DNA from: Deltaproteobacteria bacterium
GTDB lineage: Bacteria > Myxococcota_A > UBA9160 > JAFDDA01
Direction of reading: 5' to 3'
DNA: 64,000 nt
Assembly: GCA_019311105.1 (NCBI GenBank)
Contig: JAFDDA010000020.1
Coordinates: 14,550 to 78,549 of the forward strand
Shown one piece after another: positions 45,420 to 54,710 of the stretch (positions within the stretch are counted from its first letter, which is position 1; every line of letters begins with the position of its first letter). The notes below the pieces were generated by a model, which searched no databases, was not told the DNA's origin, and was given only the letters and a program-made list of their open reading frames with translations. The translations under genes were made by a program, and so were the position numbers.

Positions 45420-48400
45420 CTAGAGAACCCGCAGCACCTCTCGCTCGTAGGCTTCGAGCGAATCGAACATCTGGAACGGGTCGCCCACGGCGCTCGACGG
45501 GTTGGGGAGCGCGAGCGCCTCGCTCTTCTGCAAGAGGTCGGCGATCCAGTTCTTCAAAGCCTGGAATCCGTTCTCCTCGCCAGGCATGAGCTTGCACGGG
45601 TCGAACCGATCGCTGCTCAGGCGCACGATCTTCAGAGGCTGCCCTCCGGCCCCCAGCCAGTTGGTAACGAGGTCGATCACCACGACGGGCTTCGACCGGA
45701 GGCCACGGACCCCGGCGACCGAGATGGCGTCGATGCGCTCGAGCCCGAGCTGTGCCTTGCCCCGCTCGCCTACATCGAGGGTGATGGATTCGTCGCTGAG
45801 GGCGAGTGGGATCGCCTCCATCTTCTTGAGGGTGCGGGGCGGCGGCGGGGCCTCGATCTCCGGCAGGGTCCGCGGCGGCTCGAAGACGGACGACGACGAC
45901 AGGTCGAGAGGCGGCGCGCCCTCGAGGCCGGGCAGCGTCTGGGCACCGAGGCTCGCCATGTCGAGGGTCTTCCCGAAATCGGGCGCACCCGTATCGTCGA
46001 GGGGGGCGGTTGCCGGCGTCACAACGCTCTCGTCCGCCAGGGGGATGGGGTCAGCAGCGAGACCCAGGGGCGGCGGTGCGGTGAGTCCGAGATCCGGGAT
46101 GCTGGCGTCGAGATCGGGTGCATCGTCGTCCAGGCCCGGCGCGAGATCCGGCGTGCTCTCTTCGAGGTCTGGAACGATCGGCTCGTCGAGCGGCGCGCTC
46201 CCGGGCGAACCCGACGGGCTCGGGTCGTACTCGATCACGGGCATCACGGGCCCGAGGTCCCGCCCGCTGCCCCCGAGGTCGGGAGCGCTGCGATCGAGTT
46301 CGGGCGTACTGCGATCGATCTCCGGCCCCAGATCGGGGTCGCTGCTCCCGAGGTCCGGCGTGCTGTGGTCCAACTCGGGCGCCAAGTCGGACGCGACATC
46401 CGGCGCAATCACACCGTGGTCGGAAGAAAGATCGGGAGTGCTCGCGTCGTGGTCGGAAGGGAGTTCGGGAGTGCTCACGTCGTGGTCCGAGACGAGCTCG
46501 GGTGTGCTGGCCCCCAGGTCCATCTCCCCGGCGTCCAGGTCCAGTGCGTCAGCGTCGAGCTGGTCCTCGCTCGCCTGCGGAGACCTCGACCCTTCATCCA
46601 GAGCCGGTACGGCCTCGATCGGGGGCGCCGCGCCCAGGGAAGGGTCGGAGGTTTCGAGGCCCGAACCCATGGACCCGCCCGGCGAAAGATCGAGGGCGTC
46701 GCCGGCGGTGACTTCGGCCGGTTCATCGGCGTCGGCCGAGCCGGTCGACTCGAGGTCGTAGCTGTGGACTCCGGGCGGCCCGGTGAGATCTTCGAGTTCG
46801 AAGGGCTCCGCGTTCAGCGCATCCCCCTCGAGATCGACCTCGCCCGGCTGCGCACCGCCATCGAGATCGACTTCGCCCCGCTGCGTGTCGCCATCGAGAT
46901 CGACTTCGCCCCGCTGCGTGTCGCCATCGAGAGCGACCTCGCCCGGCTGCGCATCGCCATCGAGAGCGACTTCGCCCCGCGGCTCGTCGTCTTGAAGATC
47001 GACCTCACCGGGTTGGGCCGGCGCCGCATCCGTGGCCGCAGCCGGAGACTCGGTCTGATGGAAGTCGTAGCCTTGGCCGAACAACGGGCCGGAGCGGCCG
47101 TTCGTTTCTTCGCCCACCTCTTCGGCGACGGTCTCGTGCTCGCGGTCGCTCACTCCGACGAGCTGTTGGCGCAGCGTCTCCACCTCTTCCCGCTCCGCGG
47201 GGTCGAGGTCGGTCGTCGCCAGGGCGGTCTGGGCCGCAGCGAGAGCCATGTCGGTGTCGAGATCCTGGGCGAGACGGGCGAGCTTGTGAGCCGTCCCACC
47301 CGAGACGGCGCCGCAGCTTCCCTCGAGCACGCGGCGCATGGAGAAGCTGGCCAGGTCGTACTCGCCGGCTTCGATCAGCAGGCCGCCGATGCGGACCTCG
47401 ATCGCCGATTCCAACTCGAAGCCGGGCGCCCGCTGCGTGAGCTCGCGCCAGTGTTGCAAGGCGAGCTCTTTCTGGCCCGAGGTCACCTCTTCCCGTAGGA
47501 CGCACACGAGCGCGCCGGCCGCTTCGTCGGCCCGGCCCACCACCGTCGTCGCATCCCAGTACGCCAGGGCGGCGTCCTGGTTCTCGGGGTGTCGGGCCAC
47601 TTCGCTGGCCAGGAGCTCCACCGCCTCCTCGATCCGCCCGTCCTCGCGCGCGGCCATGGCGCGGTCAAGGATCGGGTTCGACCGCGTGGTGAGCTTTTCT
47701 TCGATCTTCGGGTTGATGATCCGCTCTTCGATCCGAAACAGCTTCATCACGATCGCGAAGGCGATGCCCCAGCCGAACCCACCCACGTGGGCCCACGTGG
47801 AGAACTCCGCGCTGACCGGCTCGATGCCCGGCGCACCGTGGGTCAAGAGATAGTCCGCAGCCAGGTAGGCGCCGCCGTACAGGGGGAGCGTGACCCAACC
47901 CCGCGCGGTGAACTTGCCGCCGAAGGGCGGGATCACGAAGTACTGGAAGCGGATCGGCACCGTTGCGAAACGAATGAGGAAGGCCCCGGCCAGGGCCGCA
48001 GCCACGCCGGACGCGCCGCCCAGCGCCTCGGTCGCGTCCGGATCGAGGGTCGCGTAGCCGACCGCGCCGGCCACCGCACCGGTCAACACGAAGACGAGGT
48101 AGATCCCCCGCCCCCAGGCCTCTTCGAGGAACAAGCCCGCGAGCAACACGAGGGCGAGGTTCGACAGCAGATGGATCCAATCCTCGTGCACGAGCACGTA
48201 GGTGAGGAAGCTCGAATCGGGCGAGGACATCGCATCCGGGAAGAAGCCCAGGCGGTAGAACGAGTGGCTCTCCATGGCCTGGAAGACGGCGTCGACCTTC
48301 GTGTCGAAATCGATCTGGTCGTGGTGTCGCACGAAGTCGGGGATTCCGGGCGATCCGGAGTGGCGCAGGTCGTTTCGGAAGACGTCCGCCTCGAAGGCCA

Positions 48401-48629
48401 CCTGGTCTTCGCCGAACATCTCCGCCAGGTCGTCGTCCACGTTCACGTAGGGGTGCGCGACGAAGTAGATCCAGGCGTCTTCGATCGCGGCTTCGGTGCG
48501 CACGTCCACTTCGCGGTCGGCGGTGCGGTGATGCACGAAGACCACGACACAGGCCAGCAGCAAGCCGAGCGTCACCCAGGGCGGGCGTCGCCCACTGCGG
48601 GCTTCCTCATTCAGGGGCAGGACGATCAT
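45420..48629 (-). CDS. Rhomboid intramembrane serine protease fused to a TPR-like region, acidic repeat arrays and a C-terminal globular domain
   Basis: GGAG SD. Six-TM rhomboid core with WIHLLSN, GGASGV (catalytic Ser) and WAHVGGFGWG (catalytic His), followed by about 700 aa of cytoplasmic tail. Single 1069-aa ORF. Confidence 0.8.
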   Translation of the reverse strand: MIVLPLNEEARSGRRPPWVTLGLLLACVVVFVHHRTADREVDVRTEAAIEDAWIYFVAHPYVNVDDDLAEMFGEDQVAFEADVFRNDLRHSGSPGIPDFVRHHDQIDFDTKVDAVFQAMESHSFYRLGFFPDAMSSPDSSFLTYVLVHEDWIHLLSNLALVLLAGLFLEEAWGRGIYLVFVLTGAVAGAVGYATLDPDATEALGGASGVAAALAGAFLIRFATVPIRFQYFVIPPFGGKFTARGWVTLPLYGGAYLAADYLLTHGAPGIEPVSAEFSTWAHVGGFGWGIAFAIVMKLFRIEERIINPKIEEKLTTRSNPILDRAMAAREDGRIEEAVELLASEVARHPENQDAALAYWDATTVVGRADEAAGALVCVLREEVTSGQKELALQHWRELTQRAPGFELESAIEVRIGGLLIEAGEYDLASFSMRRVLEGSCGAVSGGTAHKLARLAQDLDTDMALAAAQTALATTDLDPAEREEVETLRQQLVGVSDREHETVAEEVGEETNGRSGPLFGQGYDFHQTESPAAATDAAPAQPGEVDLQDDEPRGEVALDGDAQPGEVALDGDTQRGEVDLDGDTQRGEVDLDGGAQPGEVDLEGDALNAEPFELEDLTGPPGVHSYDLESTGSADADEPAEVTAGDALDLSPGGSMGSGLETSDPSLGAAPPIEAVPALDEGSRSPQASEDQLDADALDLDAGEMDLGASTPELVSDHDVSTPELPSDHDASTPDLSSDHGVIAPDVASDLAPELDHSTPDLGSSDPDLGPEIDRSTPELDRSAPDLGGSGRDLGPVMPVIEYDPSPSGSPGSAPLDEPIVPDLEESTPDLAPGLDDDAPDLDASIPDLGLTAPPPLGLAADPIPLADESVVTPATAPLDDTGAPDFGKTLDMASLGAQTLPGLEGAPPLDLSSSSVFEPPRTLPEIEAPPPPRTLKKMEAIPLALSDESITLDVGERGKAQLGLERIDAISVAGVRGLRSKPVVVIDLVTNWLGAGGQPLKIVRLSSDRFDPCKLMPGEENGFQALKNWIADLLQKSEALALPNPSSAVGDPFQMFDSLEAYEREVLRVL
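46416..46514. repeat. Three 33-bp coding repeats (STP[ED]L-x-SDH-x-x) inside the rhomboid gene
   Basis: The units begin CGTGGTCGGAAG / CGTGGTCGGAAG / CGTGGTCCGAGA on the plus strand. They encode STPELVSDHDV / STPELPSDHDA / STPDLSSDHGV. Confidence 0.8.
46812..47009. repeat. Six 33-bp coding repeats (GEV[DA]L[DQE]GD-x-x-x) inside the rhomboid gene
   Basis: TCGAGATCGAC-type cores recur at 46828, 46861, 46894, 46927, 46960 and 46993. The two central units are identical. They encode GEVDLQDDEPR, GEVALDGDAQP, GEVALDGDTQR, GEVDLDGDTQR, GEVDLDGGAQP and GEVDLEGDALN. Confidence 0.9.
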
Positions 48630-48726
48630 GCCAACTCCGCGAACCGCCGGCCGCGCGCACGGATCGCGCGCAGATGTACGGCTCCGCTTGAACTCAACGG
48701 AAGAACGGGCCTGGTTCTGAAGGGTT

Positions 48727-50097
48727 TTACGGAGTGGCGGGAGGCTCCGCAGCGGCTGCGAGCGAGGCCCCGGCGGCCAGCAGGCGCAGGCTCGCGCCGG
48801 GCTCGAGAGTCGAGTTCAGGACCTCGTAGTGGTGGTGCCCGTTCGCGGCCCGAAACCGGTCCGGGTGCGGCAGGTAGCGGAGCCAACCCCCGACGTTCGA
48901 AAGCAATGCAGAGCCCTCCGCGCGGCCGGCCTTCCAGGCGAGCCCGAGCTCTGCGGTGACTTCGGCGGGCAGGCCGAGCCAGGACGCGTCGCCCAGGCGC
49001 AGCACGCGGACCGCAACCTCCGGCACCACCCCCCCCGCCACGCGCGCCGCCGTGCGATCGCGAACGAACAGACGAACCCGGGCGACCCGTTCGCGCACCT
49101 CATCGGCCGGGAGGCCTGCAGTCCGTTCCTGTTCGAGCGCGTAGGCCTGGGAGACACGCAGCGGCTCGGCGGGGTCGAGGCCCAGTGCCATCGACGCATC
49201 TCGTGCGCGCGCCGCAAGCGATGCCTTGCGTGCGGCATCGTCGGCGCCGTCGTGGATCGGGATGCGAATGCGCTCGAGCCTCGCGGCGACCGCGAACGAC
49301 GCGCCGAGCGTCGCGCCCTGGGCTGCGGAGACCACGGCCTCCCCCACTTCGCGTCCCAACGTCTCGCATGCGGAAAACCCTGCGCCGACGCTCTGCCCCG
49401 GGATGGAGAGGTCCTGGATCCCTCGCGTCCGGGGGTCGACGTCCGCATGGGCGCCGAGCAGGAAGATCGGGACCGCACCGGGGAATACCTCGCGAACCCG
49501 TTCGGCCGAGGCACCCGGCCAGTCCGCCGACCACTCGAGGTTCTCGTGCCCGAGAACGGTGGGGTGTGTTCCGTGGACATAGGCCACGGCGATCGTCCCG
49601 CCCGCCTCGGCATCCACGCGCAACACGACGACGCTCGGGTCGACGGCGCCGCCGGGCTCGCGACGGTTGTGGCCGATCGTCGCTTCACCGCTACCGAAGC
49701 CGGCGCGCGCCGGAACGGTCGCTGCCATCGCGGCGCGGGCCGCCTCCTCGGCCGCCGCGTGGATCGGCATCATCCACTCGGGCGGCGCATCACCGGCGAG
49801 GCTCGCAGCGGCGCCGGTCTCTGGCCCGGAGTGCGTGTGGGTGGTGGCGACCCAGATCTCCTCTGCGGCGAGGCCGGTCGCCCCCGCGAGACGCTCGACC
49901 AACGCCTCGGCGTGCGGGACGGCCAGCAGACAGACCTCGAGTTGCAGGAGCAACACACGTCCCCGCTCCTCCAGATACACAGCCCGCGCGTGGAGCGGGT
50001 CGTGCTCCCCCGCAGCCCGGCCAACGCGGGCGCCATAGCCCATCATCGGGGCGCCGGCGGGCAGGGGAAGTCGAACCTCGGCGGCTCCAGCCTTCAT
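48727..50097 (-). CDS. Neutral/alkaline ceramidase-like hydrolase, no signal peptide
   Basis: MKAGAAEVRLPLPAGAPMMGYGARVGRAAGEHDPLHARAV and TTHTHSGPE blocks of the ceramidase_alk family. Start trimmed to ATG 50097. Confidence 0.8.
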   Translation of the reverse strand: MKAGAAEVRLPLPAGAPMMGYGARVGRAAGEHDPLHARAVYLEERGRVLLLQLEVCLLAVPHAEALVERLAGATGLAAEEIWVATTHTHSGPETGAAASLAGDAPPEWMMPIHAAAEEAARAAMAATVPARAGFGSGEATIGHNRREPGGAVDPSVVVLRVDAEAGGTIAVAYVHGTHPTVLGHENLEWSADWPGASAERVREVFPGAVPIFLLGAHADVDPRTRGIQDLSIPGQSVGAGFSACETLGREVGEAVVSAAQGATLGASFAVAARLERIRIPIHDGADDAARKASLAARARDASMALGLDPAEPLRVSQAYALEQERTAGLPADEVRERVARVRLFVRDRTAARVAGGVVPEVAVRVLRLGDASWLGLPAEVTAELGLAWKAGRAEGSALLSNVGGWLRYLPHPDRFRAANGHHHYEVLNSTLEPGASLRLLAAGASLAAAAEPPATP

Positions 50098-50215
50098 GAG
50101 CGAAGGCTTAGCCCACGGCGCCTTCCTGGGCGAAGCCTTGCCGGGCTCGGCGCGCTCGCGCCCCGTCTCGCGCGGCCGCGAGCGTCGACCTAGACTGCGC
50201 GTCGAAGGAGCCCCC

Positions 50216-51364
50216 ATGCGGCGAACCCTCTTCGGCGAAGAACACGACCTCTTTCGCGAACAGTTCCGGCGCTTCATCGCAGACGAGATCGAGCCGCGCA
50301 TTCCCGAGTGGAACGAGCGCGGCATGAGCGACCGCGAATCCTGGCGGCGCGCCGGCGAGAATGGCTACCTCGGCGCCTGCGCACCGGAGGCGTACGGCGG
50401 CGCAGGCGCCGACTTCAGCTACGACATGATCATCATGGAAGAGATGGCCTACGCCCGGGCCCACGGCATGATGATCTCCCTGCACTCCTCCATCGTGCTC
50501 CCCTACCTGTTGTCGTTCGGGAGCGAAGAACAGAAGCGGAAGTACGCGCCGGGATGTGTGTCCGGCGAGACCCTGCTCGGGATCTGCATGACCGAACCCG
50601 CAGCGGGCTCCGACCTCCAGGGCATCCAGACCCGCGCAGAGCGCGACGGCGACCACTACATCCTGAACGGCGCCAAGACCTTCATCAGCAACGGCCAGAT
50701 CGGCGACCTGTTCATCGTGGTGGCGAAGACCGACAGCGAGGCTGCCAAGGCGTCGCGCGGCCTCAGCCTGCTGCTGGTCGAGGCCGACACGCCGGGCTTC
50801 GTTCGCGGCCGAAGGCTCGACAAGCTCGGGCTGCGGGGCCAGGACACGAGTGAGATCTTCTTCGAAGACTGTCGCGTCCCCGCTGGCAACGTCCTGGGCG
50901 AGGAGGGCCGGGGTTTCTATCAGTTGATGGAGAAGCTCCAGCAGGAGCGCATCTGCATCGCCGTCGCATCGATCGCCTCGGCACGCCGGTCCCTCGACGA
51001 CACGGTGGCCTACGTGAAGGAGCGCCATGCCTTCGGCCAGCCGATCGCGCAGTTCCAGAACACGCAGTTCACCCTGGCCGAGCTCGCCACCGAGGTCGAG
51101 GTCGGCCAGGCATTCACCGACAATGTCGTGGCAGCCCACATCCGTGGCGAGGACGTGGTGAGCGAGGCGAGCATGGCCAAATGGTGGGCGAGCGATCTGC
51201 AGAAGCGCGCGGCCGCCGAGTGCCTCCAGCTCCACGGCGGGTACGGCTTCATGAGCGAGTATCCGATCTCGACCGACTACGCGGATGCAGCCGTGCAATC
51301 CATCTACGCGGGAACCAACGAGATCATGAAGCGCATCATCGCCCGCCGCATGGGCCTCGGCTGA
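50216..51364 (+). CDS. Acyl-CoA dehydrogenase
   Basis: GAAGGAG SD and ATG 50216. ACAD blocks CMTEPAAGSDL and QLHGGYGFMSEYPI. Confidence 0.9.
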   Translation: MRRTLFGEEHDLFREQFRRFIADEIEPRIPEWNERGMSDRESWRRAGENGYLGACAPEAYGGAGADFSYDMIIMEEMAYARAHGMMISLHSSIVLPYLLSFGSEEQKRKYAPGCVSGETLLGICMTEPAAGSDLQGIQTRAERDGDHYILNGAKTFISNGQIGDLFIVVAKTDSEAAKASRGLSLLLVEADTPGFVRGRRLDKLGLRGQDTSEIFFEDCRVPAGNVLGEEGRGFYQLMEKLQQERICIAVASIASARRSLDDTVAYVKERHAFGQPIAQFQNTQFTLAELATEVEVGQAFTDNVVAAHIRGEDVVSEASMAKWWASDLQKRAAAECLQLHGGYGFMSEYPISTDYADAAVQSIYAGTNEIMKRIIARRMGLG

Positions 51365-51440
51365 GCGCGGGCCCGCCCACCCCGAAATGAGCTGGACGAA
51401 AACCCTCAAGGCCTGAGCCGCAAGCTCCGATTCCCCCCGC

Positions 51441-52115
51441 GTGGAGCCCCTCTCCGATCAAGGATTACCGGGGACCGATCCGGAACGGGTGGTCGTCGAG
51501 TGCTGCGCCGCCGGCACGCCCGCCGTCGTGACCTTTCGCGAAAGCGGCGGGAACGGGCTGCGTGCGGTCTTCACCGCGTTCCGAAACGAGCGTGTCGAGT
51601 TCGAGATGACCGACGACCCGCCGCGCGAGCCCGCCGATGGCACGGTCTGCCACGTATCCTTCCTGCACCGGGGCCGCCCCGTCACCTTCACAGCGCCTCT
51701 GCGCTCGGCGGAAGTCGACCGGGGACGCATGCGTGTGCAGGTGGGGTTGCCGGGCCAGATCAGCAGCGAGGGGCTGCGGAGCGCGTTCCGGTTGCCCGGC
51801 GGCTCGGGACCGAACGACGTGGATCTCGTCGCCGACGATGGCATCACCTGGCCCGCTGAGCTGGTGAACCTGTCTCTCACGGGCATGCTGCTGCGCTTTG
51901 CGGGGGATGCGCCCACCTTGATGCCGGACCAGGTGGTGGAACTCTCCGTGAAGGTGGCCGAAGAACACGTGCGTCTCGCAGGCGTCGTGCGTCGCGTGAC
52001 GCCCGACGAAGTCGGGATCTTCTTCCCCGACGCCGTCTCGGACTCGCCCGAGAACCCGATCCGATGCGTGGTCGCCGCCCTCGAACGCGACTGGCACTCC
52101 CGCCTGCGCCGCTAG
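51441..52115 (+). CDS. PilZ-domain (c-di-GMP binding) protein, YcgR-like two-domain layout
   Basis: RSAFR (RxxxR) is followed about 26 aa later by NLSLTG (D/NxSxxG). GTG start. Confidence 0.7.
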   Translation: MEPLSDQGLPGTDPERVVVECCAAGTPAVVTFRESGGNGLRAVFTAFRNERVEFEMTDDPPREPADGTVCHVSFLHRGRPVTFTAPLRSAEVDRGRMRVQVGLPGQISSEGLRSAFRLPGGSGPNDVDLVADDGITWPAELVNLSLTGMLLRFAGDAPTLMPDQVVELSVKVAEEHVRLAGVVRRVTPDEVGIFFPDAVSDSPENPIRCVVAALERDWHSRLRR

Positions 52116-53266
52116 CCCGCGGCCAACCGCCGCGCAAGACAGGTCACCGCCTCTTCGACGTCCGCCGGCGGCGCAGCCGTGAAGCAGAGCCGCACCCAAG
52201 TCGGATAGTCGGCGCCGCAAGCCGGCCCGGGTGCGAGCAAGACCCCGTCGTCCAGGCAGTCTTCGAGAAAGCCCCAGAGGCCGCGCTCGTCGAGCTGGCC
52301 GGCGACGTCCACGAACAGGAACGTCCCGCCCGCTGGCGGCGCGAGGCCCAGGGCAGCAGCGGCCGCCACACCGACACGCTGATACGCCGCGCGCGCGTCC
52401 CCGACCCAGGCGGCGCCCGACTCGAGCGCCGCCACCGCCGCCAGCTGACCCGCCGTCGGCGGGTGATAGACGGTGTGGGTGCCGACCTTGCGCGCTGCCG
52501 CGACGGCCTCCTTCGGGCCGGCCAGGTACCCGACGCGGTTGCCCGCCATGCCGTACGCCTTGCTGAAGGAGAACACCGAGAAGGTTCGCTCCGGGGCGAA
52601 GCGGCCGATCGACACGTGCTCGCCCTCGTAGACGTAGTCTTCGTAGACCTCGTCGGACAGGATCCACAGACCTTCGGAGCGCGCGAAGCTGGCGAGGGCC
52701 TCGAGCCAATCGCCCGGCATGACGCAGCCGGTCGGGTTGGAGGGCGTCGAGACGTAGAGTGCCACGGTCCGCCCACTCATCCGGGCACGGACGGCGGCCA
52801 CCGCTTCGGCCGCCGAACCCACGCGGTCGTAGAACGGCACCTCCACGGGAACGGCGCGGAACGATTGCACGATGCCCCGAATCAACGGCCAGAAGGGCGA
52901 CAGGATCAGCACCTCTTCCCCGGGCGCCGCGATCGAGCCCACCGCCGCGGCGAGCGCGCCCGTCGCACCGCCCGTCGCCAGAACCTCATCGGGCTCGCAC
53001 GCGAGACCGTTCCGGGAGCGCAGCTTCCCCACCAACCCGTCGACAAGCGGCGGGATGCCCTGGGTGTCGACATAGCGGTGCATACCTGGGTGATCGGCGA
53101 CCGCAAAGGCCTCCATCCGGCCCCCCGCGAAAGGCTCCATCCAGGTGTCCCCCACGTGGAGCGGGAAGATCTTGCCCTCGTGCGAGCGGATGCGATCGGC
53201 CAGGGGCGAGAAGATCGCGGCCGGTATGGCATCGACCGTCGGGGCGCGCTCGGGTGTTCGGGGCAT
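52112..53266 (-). CDS. Pyridoxal-phosphate-dependent aminotransferase (class I/II)
   Basis: STPSNPTG and SFSKAYGMAGNRVGY (PLP Lys). Start ATG 53266 has no SD. Confidence 0.85.
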   Translation of the reverse strand: MPRTPERAPTVDAIPAAIFSPLADRIRSHEGKIFPLHVGDTWMEPFAGGRMEAFAVADHPGMHRYVDTQGIPPLVDGLVGKLRSRNGLACEPDEVLATGGATGALAAAVGSIAAPGEEVLILSPFWPLIRGIVQSFRAVPVEVPFYDRVGSAAEAVAAVRARMSGRTVALYVSTPSNPTGCVMPGDWLEALASFARSEGLWILSDEVYEDYVYEGEHVSIGRFAPERTFSVFSFSKAYGMAGNRVGYLAGPKEAVAAARKVGTHTVYHPPTAGQLAAVAALESGAAWVGDARAAYQRVGVAAAAALGLAPPAGGTFLFVDVAGQLDERGLWGFLEDCLDDGVLLAPGPACGADYPTWVRLCFTAAPPADVEEAVTCLARRLAAG

Positions 53267-53271
53267 CGGCG

Positions 53272-53281
53272 GATTATAATC
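53272..53281. promoter_or_regulatory. Palindromic GATTATAATC box: candidate shared bidirectional -10 element for two leaderless divergent genes
   Basis: TATAAT reads on both strands (53275-53280 on plus, 53278-53273 on minus). It lies 7 nt before GTG 53288 and 6 nt before ATG 53266. The whole intergenic gap is 21 bp and neither gene has an SD. Confidence 0.4.
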
Positions 53282-53287
53282 GCCGCC

Positions 53288-54112
53288 GTGGCCCTGAAAG
53301 TCCTTTCGCTGAATCTCTGGCACGATGCCGGCCCGTGGCCCGAGCGGGCCAAGCGGATCCGCGAGTGGATCGACCGCCTCGATCCGGACCTCATCGGCTT
53401 CCAAGAGGCACTCGAAGGCGAGGGCGTCGACCAGGCCGCCGAGCTGATGGCGGGCCGCGATTACCACCTCGACTTCGCCATGGCGACCCCCCGCTGGCTC
53501 GGGCGCGACATCGCCTTTGGCAACGCCGTGGCCTCGCGCTGGCCGCTCCGCGATCGCGCGGTGCTCGACCTCCCCTCTTCGGGCGATGGCGAGACCCGGA
53601 CGGCGCTGTCGGTGGTGGCGGAGGCGCCCTTTGGCCCGGTTTCATTCACATGCACCCACCTGAACTGGCGCTTCCACCACGGCAACGTCCGCGAGCGACA
53701 GGTGCTGGCCCTCGCCGAGTGGGTCTGGGCGCGCCGACCCGAAGGCGGCTGCCCGCCGATTCTCGTCGGTGACTTCAACGCGGCGCCCGAGGCGGCCGAG
53801 ATCCGCTTCCTGTCGGGGATCCAATCGCTGGCGGGCCGCAGCGTCTACTTCGTCGACGCATGGGACGTCGCAGGGGAAGGCGACGGCACGACCTGGTCGA
53901 ACCGCAACGACCACGCGCGCGAGTGGCTCGAGCCCGACCGCCGCATCGACTACGTCTTCGCCGGGCCGCCGCGACGCGATGGCCTCGGTCAGATCACCCG
54001 CTGCCAGGTCGTCTGCAACGACCAACAAGACGGCATCTGGCCGTCCGACCACTTCGGGGTCTTCGCCGAGCTCCGGGACGCGCCCATACCCGAGTTCGCC
54101 TCGCGCGTCTGA
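53288..54112 (+). CDS. Endonuclease/exonuclease/phosphatase (EEP) family protein
   Basis: VALKVLSLNLWH..., LVGDFNA and WPSDHFGVFAEL catalytic blocks. GTG start. Confidence 0.85.
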   Translation: MALKVLSLNLWHDAGPWPERAKRIREWIDRLDPDLIGFQEALEGEGVDQAAELMAGRDYHLDFAMATPRWLGRDIAFGNAVASRWPLRDRAVLDLPSSGDGETRTALSVVAEAPFGPVSFTCTHLNWRFHHGNVRERQVLALAEWVWARRPEGGCPPILVGDFNAAPEAAEIRFLSGIQSLAGRSVYFVDAWDVAGEGDGTTWSNRNDHAREWLEPDRRIDYVFAGPPRRDGLGQITRCQVVCNDQQDGIWPSDHFGVFAELRDAPIPEFASRV

Positions 54113-54122
54113 GGAGAGACAC

Positions 54123-54710
54123 GTGACCTATCGAGACGAAGAACGCCTGGACGATGCACGGGTGCGCTACTTCGCCGAGAACGAATTCGGCGACGGCGGC
54201 GGCTACGAAGCGAAGTGGGTGAAGATCAAGGCCGGCCCGCTCGCCTTCTGGTTCCCGAACAGCGACGCCCGGCGCCGGGCCGTCCGCTATCACGACCTCC
54301 ACCACATTCTCGCGGGCTACGACACGAACTGGATCGGAGAGGCCGAGATCGGCGCCTGGGAGGTGGGCTCGAGCTGCGAAGACCACTGGGCGGCCTGGTA
54401 CCTCAACCTCGTCGTCTTCTGGGTGGGGCTGTTCATCGGGCCCCGGCGCACGTGGGCGGCCTTCATCCGCGGGCGGCGAACGCGCAACCTCTATCGCGAA
54501 CCCTGGGAGAACGTCCGGCTCGAAGAGCCCGTCGGCGCCTGGCGCCAGCGGCTCGGCCTGGGCGCGGCCCGGTACGAAAGCGAAGCCGGCGACGCCCTGG
54601 CCTTCGCCGGCTTCGGTGGCATCGCCTTCTTCTGCTGGGCCTTGAACTCGCTGCTCTTCTTGATGCCGTTCGCACTGGCCTACGCGGGAGTGCAGGCTCT
54701 TCGGGGCTAG
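54123..54710 (+). CDS. Coq4-like membrane protein (HDxxH-x11-E motif)
   Basis: GAGGAGAG SD and GTG 54123. HDLHHILAGYDTNWIGE matches the Coq4-family zinc motif. Two C-terminal TM segments. Confidence 0.6.
   Translation: MTYRDEERLDDARVRYFAENEFGDGGGYEAKWVKIKAGPLAFWFPNSDARRRAVRYHDLHHILAGYDTNWIGEAEIGAWEVGSSCEDHWAAWYLNLVVFWVGLFIGPRRTWAAFIRGRRTRNLYREPWENVRLEEPVGAWRQRLGLGAARYESEAGDALAFAGFGGIAFFCWALNSLLFLMPFALAYAGVQALRG

Noticed and set aside
46812-47009. Regularly spaced 33-bp repeats as a CRISPR-like array
   Set aside because: The units are contiguous with no spacers, lie in frame inside a long ORF and encode an 11-aa protein repeat. No cas genes are present.
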